From contig JAUFOR010000008.1 in NCBI GenBank assembly GCA_040285745.1, positions 1,860,001 to 1,924,000 of the forward strand: a DNA stretch of 64,000 nucleotides, written 5' to 3'. The DNA is from Barthelona sp. PCE (lineage: Eukaryota). Positions 50,945 to 59,898 of this stretch are shown here, one piece after another (positions within the stretch are counted from its first letter, which is position 1; each line of letters begins with the position of its first letter). Both the position numbers and the translations under genes were made by a program. The notes below the pieces were generated by a model. The model saw only the letters and a list, made by a program, of their open reading frames with translations, was not told the origin of the DNA and searched no databases.

Positions 50945-53119
50945 CTAAGGCTTCCTCAATGAAGAGGGTCTTTTTTTCCTTGGTTTTGTTGCATTTCTTA
51001 TCGTAGAAACGCGTTGCTTCTTAGCCCTCTCGGCCTCCGCGTCCTGCTGCGCTTTTAGCTCACGTAATTTAGCTAATTTTTGATCAATTTTCGAAATGGT
51101 CGCCTGTCGCTCACCAGAGACAGCATCAATATTATGTTTAACCTGACGCTTGTGTTTGGTTTCGAAGAAATTGGCCTTGCGCATCCGCTTCACCTCCTGT
51201 TCCTGTGCATCCTTCACTATTCGTTCGTCATTCTCCTCCATACTCGTGAAATAATTCACAACTGACTGTTTTGACGTCTTGCTCTTAATTTGCTGATCGC
51301 GTAGAACGCGCTCATTCGCCTCCATGATACGCTTCTTCTCCTTTAGCTGCTGTTCACGCTTTGCTTTTAATTTGTCATAAGTTTTTAAAACATGCTCCTC
51401 ACGGATACGTTTATGTTTCTCTACACTAGCTTGTTTTTGAGTTTTCATTGTGTTTCTCTTGTCCTGCATGCGCCTTTGACGATGCTTTCGCATCTTTTCA
51501 ATATCGTCAAGCTTCTTCGATATCTTTGCTCGGTCTCTCTCCTTCTGCTCCTTAATACTGTTTCTCTTCAGCTCCTCTGCATGGCGCTCCTCCTCCTTGC
51601 GGAGCTTCAGACGGCTCTTAAGCTCACTCAGCGACATCTCAATCAGTAAACCGTGCTCAACAACTGAAGTTGGGTCATATTCCACATTTGTTGCTTTGGC
51701 CTCATGTAAAGCCCGGAGTTGCATGATGATCTCTTTCTTTTCCTTGAGTTCACGAGCTTCACGGATTTTTAAAAGTTTGTTGCGTTTAGACGCTTCTTTC
51801 CTCATATCTTCACTAATATCTTTCTTCTGCTCCACAATCTCTTGTCTTGACCTCTCAACACCCCTTGCAAGCTCACGTTTCTTCTTCTCGTTGATGTGAC
51901 GCTGCTGTTCCACACTTTCAATCAAACGTTCATGATGATCATTGAGCAGAACTGTTTTCTTATGCTTCATTTCCATTGCTGAAATCTGCTTATCCAACAA
52001 CGATGCCTCGCGTTCCTGGACAACACGATCGTGCAGAGTGTGTATATCGGCACGACGGGCCTCGATTTCATCAAGCCTTTTAAGCTCGTCCTCCCTCTCC
52101 AATTCAAGTCTTCGCTCCTCAAACTCTGTAGTGTCACGCATATTCGCCTCAAGTTCGAGAAGGGCGGCGGCTCTCTCTTCCTGCTCACGTTGATACAAAT
52201 AGTGTTCCTTCAGGATTGCTGCTGTGTTGAGTCGCACCTCGTGTGGTGTAAACTTTGGTGCTGGTCGGGCTTTGAAAGTCTTGGCCTCTTTCTTATCCTC
52301 ATCTACGAAAACAACCTTCTTCCGGGCCTTGTCACGGGCGTAATGGGGTGTCTTGACACTGCGCAGCTCCTCAGTTATCTCCCTATTCTTCTCCTTCGCT
52401 CTTTCAATATTTCTCTGAAGACGTTCGTCAGGTGAATAAAGGGTCTTTGGTATAGGCTTCGCCTTGAACTCTTCGACCTCAGGCTCAGCTGGGATCTCTG
52501 CAAGCCTCGGTGCAGGACGAGTCAATGCGAAAGGTTCTATCTTTGTTAGTTCAGTTCGAGATTTGGTGGTTGAACGTGAGCTTTGTGGTACCTCGACTTC
52601 AACTGCTGTCGTTTCTGCTTGCAAAGACTGATAAAAGTAGGACAGACGATCTCGAGTACTTGATAAATTAGGCATGAGTACTGTGTTAATATATCCTACA
52701 TCGTAATGTGTTGCTAAGGATGAAATACAGATATCCCGCTCATTGAATAGAAAGCGTAGCAGATTAAACAGCTTCAGATGATTAAAACAACTTAGAAAAG
52801 ATGAAAGTTCTCCAGTACTAAATTCTGAAGCACGAAACAAAGTACTATACATAATTAGGCGATACTTCAGCCTATCTTCGTTCAGAGCAGATGTATTTCT
52901 CTTAAAATAGCTCTTAATAATGGCAGTAAGCACCATTGATGATGAAATTACCCCAGTAAACAGTTCATCGATGAATTCCAGCGTCTCATAATCGTTCTTG
53001 ATGCTCTGTAGGTATGCGTCCAAGTGTGAATCAGGAGTTACCCGCTTTGGTTCAAATGTCTCTAATAAAGTAAGTACGTGATCTATAATCCCCTTAAAAT
53101 CGATCGGTTCTGCGTCCAT
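50945..53119 (-). CDS. CFAP99: Cilia- and flagella-associated protein 99
   Basis: TKIEPFALTRPAPR, KAKPIPKTLY, VRLNTAAILKEHYLYQR, GLLIEMSLSELKSRL, long coiled coil. Confidence 0.8.
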   Translation of the reverse strand: MDAEPIDFKGIIDHVLTLLETFEPKRVTPDSHLDAYLQSIKNDYETLEFIDELFTGVISSSMVLTAIIKSYFKRNTSALNEDRLKYRLIMYSTLFRASEFSTGELSSFLSCFNHLKLFNLLRFLFNERDICISSLATHYDVGYINTVLMPNLSSTRDRLSYFYQSLQAETTAVEVEVPQSSRSTTKSRTELTKIEPFALTRPAPRLAEIPAEPEVEEFKAKPIPKTLYSPDERLQRNIERAKEKNREITEELRSVKTPHYARDKARKKVVFVDEDKKEAKTFKARPAPKFTPHEVRLNTAAILKEHYLYQREQEERAAALLELEANMRDTTEFEERRLELEREDELKRLDEIEARRADIHTLHDRVVQEREASLLDKQISAMEMKHKKTVLLNDHHERLIESVEQQRHINEKKKRELARGVERSRQEIVEQKKDISEDMRKEASKRNKLLKIREARELKEKKEIIMQLRALHEAKATNVEYDPTSVVEHGLLIEMSLSELKSRLKLRKEEERHAEELKRNSIKEQKERDRAKISKKLDDIEKMRKHRQRRMQDKRNTMKTQKQASVEKHKRIREEHVLKTYDKLKAKREQQLKEKKRIMEANERVLRDQQIKSKTSKQSVVNYFTSMEENDERIVKDAQEQEVKRMRKANFFETKHKRQVKHNIDAVSGERQATISKIDQKLAKLRELKAQQDAEAERAKKQRVSTIRNATKPRKKRPSSLRKP

Positions 53120-54334
53120 TGTGTGTTTAAAGTAGGAGTGCAAACCGTTAAAACGATGTACAAGTTGAAAAGGTTAAAATGTTGAAAACGACAATCAGTA
53201 TTATTACGAGTATTTTACAAAATGACAGATGGTTCCAATGATGTTTAGTTCTCCTTTATTCCGCATAAAGCATCATATAAATACATTTTGTAGGCTTGAT
53301 GCCTTAAGTTCACATCCAACACATACTGAACAGTTTTTTATTGAATACACTAACGTTTTGTAGATCATTATATCGGTTAATCGAGACTTTAATGCTATTC
53401 ACTCTTACGCAAAAGTCATTTGCTTGTTTATCAACAATTTAAGCAATTGTAATATTTAAACTCGGAACTAACGGAGTTTATTCATAATTACCATCAATTA
53501 CTTTTGTGTGAAAATCGATAAAAGAAAAGAATTGCTTTTTTATACGCAGGTCTTCATAATCCAATGTTATGCAATATATATACTGCAGCCATGTTCACTA
53601 TACTTATCTTCAATATATAATATATTTAAAATATGCATAAAGTCTAAAATGTAGTGTAAAGAAAAATTTCTTTTACGAATGTACAGATACAGGTGTCTTA
53701 TTAATTGTACAGCCATAAAATTCATTTGTACTTCTAAAAACAACAAAAAAATTGAAATTTGAAATAAAAAAATTGAGTTCATCAACTCAAGTTACTTTAC
53801 CTTAACTACATATAAATTATCTTTATGATCAAATTAATCTGATTAAATTCACCAAATAAAGCAGAAATTTGTGAAAATTCAAATAAAATTCGAATAACTA
53901 TTAATAATGTGAAGAAAAAAATTCCTTTTTAACTTAATGACATATTTACTAGAATTTAAACCTAAAAATTGTTTTACCATATAATTTAAGCTTCATATGA
54001 ACACTGAAGAGTGATACAATTTTGATGTGATGATTTGTTCTTCAAATACAATTCTATCGATGAGTTTTGGGTCATTTGTAAGATAATTAGCCACACAGAA
54101 AAGAGTTATGAGAGTTTTTTTGGAAGAAACCAAGGAGAACAGAAGGAGTTTTGTTTTTGCGTTCTTGCAATATTTACAAAGATGAATTAACATAAATTGG
54201 GGTATATTTAGTATTTACATGTGAATATATGCATGATTTAGAGATATAATGTAATAGTATGACTTTTCGTATTCTTTTCTGTATATAAGGGCTTGATTTA
54301 TTTAATGTACTGTCTAAATGGCGGCAAAACTGCG

Positions 54335-56638
54335 TTAGTCCGTAATTTTGGTCACTATTACATTAGTATCACATTCATTGACGTAATATATGCCTATGAA
54401 GTGGCACGTCTTGGGAATGGCTGAGGTTTTTGCTGATGCAAATATTATGCTTTGATGATGACTGTCCACTGCGAATGTATGATTGCGGTTTGCAATTTGG
54501 TAGATTGTGTATCGATCCTTACATACCTGTGCTGCAAAATAAGCCAGTTGTGTTTGCTGATTCTTCGTCAGCGCTCTTCCATTTCGTTGACTGACACGAA
54601 CGGACCACTGTGTTATGTCTCTGTACTCGATCGGCATGGTATAGTTAAACGGGGTCAGTTGAACAAGTTTTGAAATGCATGATACGATTTGGCATTTTTG
54701 ATATTCAACAATGGCCATATGTTCATCGTAGAGCCCATTCAACGACTCCATGCTCTGATTAATACGAGCACTCAACATTTCTCGCATATCAACCTCTTGT
54801 GTCTCTTCGCTTTCATTTCCGCTTTCATCCATTTCTTGGTGTGCTATCGGGCTCAAAAACATCGATATGGTGGAACGTATACTGAGAAGTTCATTCCTAC
54901 GCTCTAATACATCCGGAAAGTCGAGCTGTTTTTGCACCATTACCAGTTTGTGAGTGGCTTCTTCAATGCACTCAAACTCATGCTTTATCTGCGACAGAAC
55001 TATTGCAGCTTTTGACACAAGCTTCCGAGCCATCATGTTGCGCAGAAGCCTGACCGCAACATCGTCATGCACTCTCGTAATATGATTATCAGTGCCCGAT
55101 GTGCCGCGGGCTATGTGCCGTTCAACTGAAGTCATGCTACTGTTCATATAGCGTTGCATTTCAGCAGTGTGCAGAGAAATTTGATCAGCTAGTGTGTTTA
55201 TGCGTTTTTGTAATTTTTTCTGTTTTTTTTCGAGCCTGTTCAATTTTTTCATAGTTTTTTCATCTATCCTAGCGTTGTCAGCATCGAAAAACTCCGTGTT
55301 TATACGCAAAACACTATTTGAAGACTCACTTCTGGATTTAAAGACTCCTACACGCATCGAACCAGTAAGAGAGACTGTTTTTACAGCTTCCCGTTGTGGA
55401 AGCTCGTCGTCTTCGATTGACCACCCGTTCAGAGTATACACCAAGCACTTTTTCACCCATTCTTCACATTCAATTGCATACCATATATTTCCACTGTATT
55501 CATCAGTGAAATTTATCGGAGATAGAACAGTGAGATCGCAGAGGGCCTCCTTTTGTCTGAGGATGGGGATAACGGCTTCAAAGGGTGTAAGTACGGTAGT
55601 ATCAAGTAGTTTACCAAGAATTGATGAGATGGGAGTTATGTATCGAGCGTTGTTCACGCGAACAACTTCGCTTATCAGGAACCCCTCGTTCCCAAGAGCG
55701 GCGCGTATTGTAGAGACCCACTGCTGCTGATCTTCTTTAAGATGGCAAGTTCTCGATGTAAGCTCATTATAGTCGCTGATTGTCTTCTTATATTTGTTCC
55801 TGACTGAACTGATCTGGCGTTCTTTTTTGGCATTCAGGTACGCAGCAACCTGGAACTCTGCAGAATCCATTGCGTACGTTTCATCAGATGGCCTCAGAGA
55901 CATTATAACAGCTGAGTAGGCATCGATATCATGCACATTCATTTCATCAGCGTGGAGTTGGGCGAGCGTTTCTTCAGCATTTCTCAGGGAAATAACGTGT
56001 TTATCGATTTGCGTAACAAGTTTTTTTTCATCTTCAAAGCTCAGTCCACCAGTTTTAAATGCAGCAACTTCAGCATCAGTTAGCTCGTTTTCAGCCAGGA
56101 ATTTCGTGTACTCCTCAGATAGATGCTTTTCTTTGCGTTTCATCTGGCTTAAATCCTGAACTGTTTTGTGCTGCTCAATGTACGCAAGGTTCTGTTTGAT
56201 ACTTTGAAGATTTTTCTCCTCTAGCTCAATCACAGACGCAGTTTCATTGATATGCATTGTAGACTCATGTAGAAAGACGTCATTAAGCCATGATGTGAGG
56301 TTTTTTTTTGTTGCTGGACAATTGAAGCACACCTTCAATTCTTTAAGGGCTGCCCTGTATACTTCCAGCTGGAATTCATCCGTGTCGATGAAGTAAGTCC
56401 AACCATGCTTGTTTCGAAGTGCTGAAAAAGAATGCTGTAGTGTTTCGATTCTGAGCATTGAATTGTCACTATATTTCAATGGAAAATGGAGGCCTGATAG
56501 AATATTAAGAGCTTTTATGATATCTTGTACAACTTGTTGAGGTGCAGAAACAACATTTGGTAGTGTTGAACAAAAGTCTACTTCTATCGAATTTATAGTA
56601 CCAAAATTGGCGATATACAGCGATTTCAGAGCTTCCAT
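54335..56638 (-). CDS. Degenerate, shortened SMC-family protein (head scaffold + hinge, ATPase motifs lost)
   Basis: LKSLYIANFGT at the N-terminus; hinge-like GFLISEVVRV..RYITPISSILGKLLDTTV and KTVSLTG; C-terminal QSIIF..FIGIY. Confidence 0.65.
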   Translation of the reverse strand: MEALKSLYIANFGTINSIEVDFCSTLPNVVSAPQQVVQDIIKALNILSGLHFPLKYSDNSMLRIETLQHSFSALRNKHGWTYFIDTDEFQLEVYRAALKELKVCFNCPATKKNLTSWLNDVFLHESTMHINETASVIELEEKNLQSIKQNLAYIEQHKTVQDLSQMKRKEKHLSEEYTKFLAENELTDAEVAAFKTGGLSFEDEKKLVTQIDKHVISLRNAEETLAQLHADEMNVHDIDAYSAVIMSLRPSDETYAMDSAEFQVAAYLNAKKERQISSVRNKYKKTISDYNELTSRTCHLKEDQQQWVSTIRAALGNEGFLISEVVRVNNARYITPISSILGKLLDTTVLTPFEAVIPILRQKEALCDLTVLSPINFTDEYSGNIWYAIECEEWVKKCLVYTLNGWSIEDDELPQREAVKTVSLTGSMRVGVFKSRSESSNSVLRINTEFFDADNARIDEKTMKKLNRLEKKQKKLQKRINTLADQISLHTAEMQRYMNSSMTSVERHIARGTSGTDNHITRVHDDVAVRLLRNMMARKLVSKAAIVLSQIKHEFECIEEATHKLVMVQKQLDFPDVLERRNELLSIRSTISMFLSPIAHQEMDESGNESEETQEVDMREMLSARINQSMESLNGLYDEHMAIVEYQKCQIVSCISKLVQLTPFNYTMPIEYRDITQWSVRVSQRNGRALTKNQQTQLAYFAAQVCKDRYTIYQIANRNHTFAVDSHHQSIIFASAKTSAIPKTCHFIGIYYVNECDTNVIVTKITD

Positions 56639-56720
56639 ATCTTTTTAAAAAGTTGTAAACACGTAAGAAATTCGAAAGCAGGGATTTCAGTTTTTTCTCC
56701 CTTTTCAGGTTTACGTGTCT

Positions 56721-59700
56721 ATGAGCACACCCCTTTGAAGTGTTTGGAATTCGAGAAGAATTTGAAGCAGACAGTTGTTCAGTCGAAGGTTTCGATTTAT
56801 CTCAGCATCTTTCTGTTGAGTTTACAAATGGGCAGATGCAAGATATGGAGTCTGTGCATCCAACGCTGCATGCGAATGGATATGCATATGATATTGAAGA
56901 GGAAGAAGAAGAAGGGCTTCAGTTTACTCGACCAAGGGATGATATTAAGGAATTAGACTTCTTTGCATCCCAGTGCTCGCAGGTATTTGACGTGTCTGCA
57001 CCCGAGGATTTGTTCGATATTGTGTTTTCTCCACCAGGCAGCCAAAATATGCTGTTTACACTTTCTACTATTAGTAATGGCACTACACCGGACTTCGACA
57101 TCATATGGCAGGTGTTCTGTGAGTATAATTTGCTCATGTGTCAAGAATATAGACTTTTTTTGCAGTGGGTTCCATTTTGTGGAAAAACTTTAGTTTTAAC
57201 TGATAAACAGCCTATGAAACGGCAGAAAATATCACTCTTGACCATCCTTAACTCTCCAACAATGATGATCCTATGTTTATTATGCGAAAATTCTGACAGA
57301 TATACTTTTTTGAACACCCAGACGACATTGATGTTAGCCAGAAGCGATGAACGGTTTAAGAACATCTTTCCATCAATGTGGGGTTCATGTATGCATAAGA
57401 AGAAACGCAAGGCTGTAGTTGCAATGAGGAGTCTGCCAAAAAAGGTTCAACGAGTATCACGCTTACAAGTTGGGAAAAGAAAGTCTCCCATCGTCAGATT
57501 TGAATCAGACCCGGTTGAGAAGATTCAGTTGTCGTTGTCTCCTACAGTAGAACCAGTACTACCACCACAAACGATGGGTTTTGTTTCAGCGGTATCACTG
57601 AGACCAAAAAAACCAGAAGTGAAACCAGCAGAAACTAGTGGACTTGTGTCGCTGAGACCAAAAAAACCAGCAGTGAAGCCAGCAGAAACTAGTGGACTTG
57701 TGTCACTGAGACCAAAAAAACCAGAAGTGAAGCCAGCAGAAACTAGTGGACTTGTGTCGCTGAGACCAAAAAAACCAGCAGTGAAGCCAGCAGAAACTAG
57801 TGGACTTGTGTCGCTGAGACCAAAAAAACCAGAAGTGAAACCAGCAGAAACTAGTGGACTTGTGTCACTGAGACCAAAAAAACCAGAAGTGAAACCAGCA
57901 GAAACTAGTGGACTTGTGTCGCTGAGACCAAAAAAACCAGCAGTGAAGCCAGCAGAAACTAGTGGACTTGTGTCGCTGAGACCAAAAAAACCAGAAGTGA
58001 AACCAGCAGAAACTAGTGGACTTGTATCTCCAAAACCTCAGACATCAAGAACATCATCACATTTGATTAATGAACAGCACATCATGTTACCGCCCACTCC
58101 CACAGAACCTCCTATTAAGAAGCAGCGTGTCCAAATACCATTTACAAGAGGTGCAATTAATCACCCTACAATCACAAACGTTGAGGAAGCGAAGCAGTTG
58201 ATTGAGCAGACCCCAAGAGATACGGCTTCATACCGCCCAACAATAAGGCGCCCAATTAAACTGGCGCTGCACATTATCAGCCTCACCAACAGTCGAGTCT
58301 TTGCGGATCTTGCTGAGTTGATATTGGAGCAATACCCAACCGATACGTTTGATGGTTCAGCGCAGAGCTGGGTGCAGGCTCAGTGCTTTTTTCAGGTATG
58401 GAAGAGGAAGCTCAACCCAGACGAGCTGTTTATGACTTTACTTTACAAGTTCAACAGGGAGCGACGTGAGGTGCGCCGTAGCTGGATACACGAGGTGCTA
58501 CAGCATGATAGGAGCGCTGCATCGCCGGTTGTTGTCATCATATTGTGCCGCGTTGCAAGTGATGTGTTGATAGTCAGCGATGGTTCATGCTCAATATGTG
58601 TTGGGCTATGTAGAAATCTGCAGAAATTCTCATATATAACGGGTGAAAAGCTGCTTATTTCGCAGTCGACACTCGCTAACGTGCCCGAGGACGAGGAGGG
58701 CGATCGTTTTGCGGCTGTGGAAGCCTTGTTCGAATCGTACCCGAATATGCCACAGCGTGAAGATTTGGTCACGTTTCCTGCGCTTTCTGCCAAGGCAAAC
58801 AGCTGTCGTCGTGTTCCATCGTGTTCACCACTGGGCTCAGCGCTCAGTACTCACCGACATGCGTTGGGCGTACCACTTCTCATTCCGTATTCTCGAGTAT
58901 TTAGCTCAAATTCGAGCGGTAGCGTGCCTTTGATGTGTTTTTACGTTCTTCATACGAGCAACCACGCGATCAGATTGAACTACGGTACCTCTTCATGCGT
59001 TCTCAACCAGTTCGTATGTCCAGATGCCATGCAGATCGTTTATGAACTCTGTTCTGACTTTATGATGGCCTTACAGGTTGGAGGAGCGACCGAACGCCAC
59101 TGTGAAATGTTCTTGAAGCTCATTCGACCTAGCACTTCACTGATTACTCGAACCCTAGCAGTCTGTCAGCATTTCTTACTTCATCAAAGTGAGGATAAGC
59201 CGCTCGTTTACGGTGATCTAGTGGAGCTAAGGGGCAGTGTTCCGGTTGATCTGGATGAAAACGCTGCTTTCTTCAGTTATGGATGCTATGTCAACAAGGA
59301 TAGGAGAATTGTCAATACTAAACAGATGGCACCTGCTCTGTTGGAGACCATATACAACGTCTCTGTTCTCCACGACGAGGGGTTTATACAGGGCTTTTGG
59401 TCGAATGTAACGGGTCTTGTTGTTGCTCTGGGGAAAGCATTCCTGGCTGTCCAGGATGCAGAAACTTCAATTTCCGGAGTCAAAGCGCAGTTCAAGAAAT
59501 GCATAGCTGAAGCATGCGAAGAGTATGCGGTTGAAGGAGACTTTAACGATGCGTACGAGAGACTGCTCGATGATGAGTTGAAGTTCGATGAAACCGTGGA
59601 GAAACTGTTTGGTACGACTATGAGACGGAATATAGTCTTACTGGATGAACAGGGTGATGTCTTTGTTGTCCAAATGTCTCTACCTCTCGTTATGGCGTAC

Positions 59701-59898
59701 GGATTTAGTAAGGATCCGTGGAGCGCACCCTCAGTAGGGCAGTACGGTACGTTCAGAGCATGTACGTATCTTGGCTCGAACTGTGGATTCAGGGAGTTTA
59801 AGTACACTGAGCATTCATCTTTTATTGCTGGCAAAATGAGTTGTGATATTAAGGTTGACGTCAATGAAGACTACCAGTCTTTGGCGAACGGAATATGA
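56721..59898 (+). CDS. BRCA2: BRCA2 homologue (helical + OB DNA-binding domains); 5' end has a +1 frame discontinuity (ATG 56721 out of frame; first in-frame ATG 56836)
   Basis: WVQAQCFFQVWK (cf. WVYNHYRWIIWK), LLYKFNRE (cf. QLKYRYD.E), RRSWIHEVLQHDRSAASPVVV, IVSDGSCSI (cf. LTDGWY), ANSCRR..SPLG. Confidence 0.8.
57595..58029 (+). repeat. Coding minisatellite, 8 x 54 bp (SLRPKKP[E/A]VKPAETSGLV)
   Basis: Near-identical tandem units. Variant order E,A,E,A,E,E,A,E. Confidence 0.97.

Noticed and set aside
57595-58029. Tandem array as a possible CRISPR
   Set aside because: The units are contiguous with no unique spacers, are in frame, and lie inside a eukaryotic CDS.
42948-59898. DSS1 and BRCA2 within ~14 kb as a functional cluster
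   Set aside because: They are separated by several unrelated genes. Proximity in a dense eukaryotic genome is plausibly coincidental.
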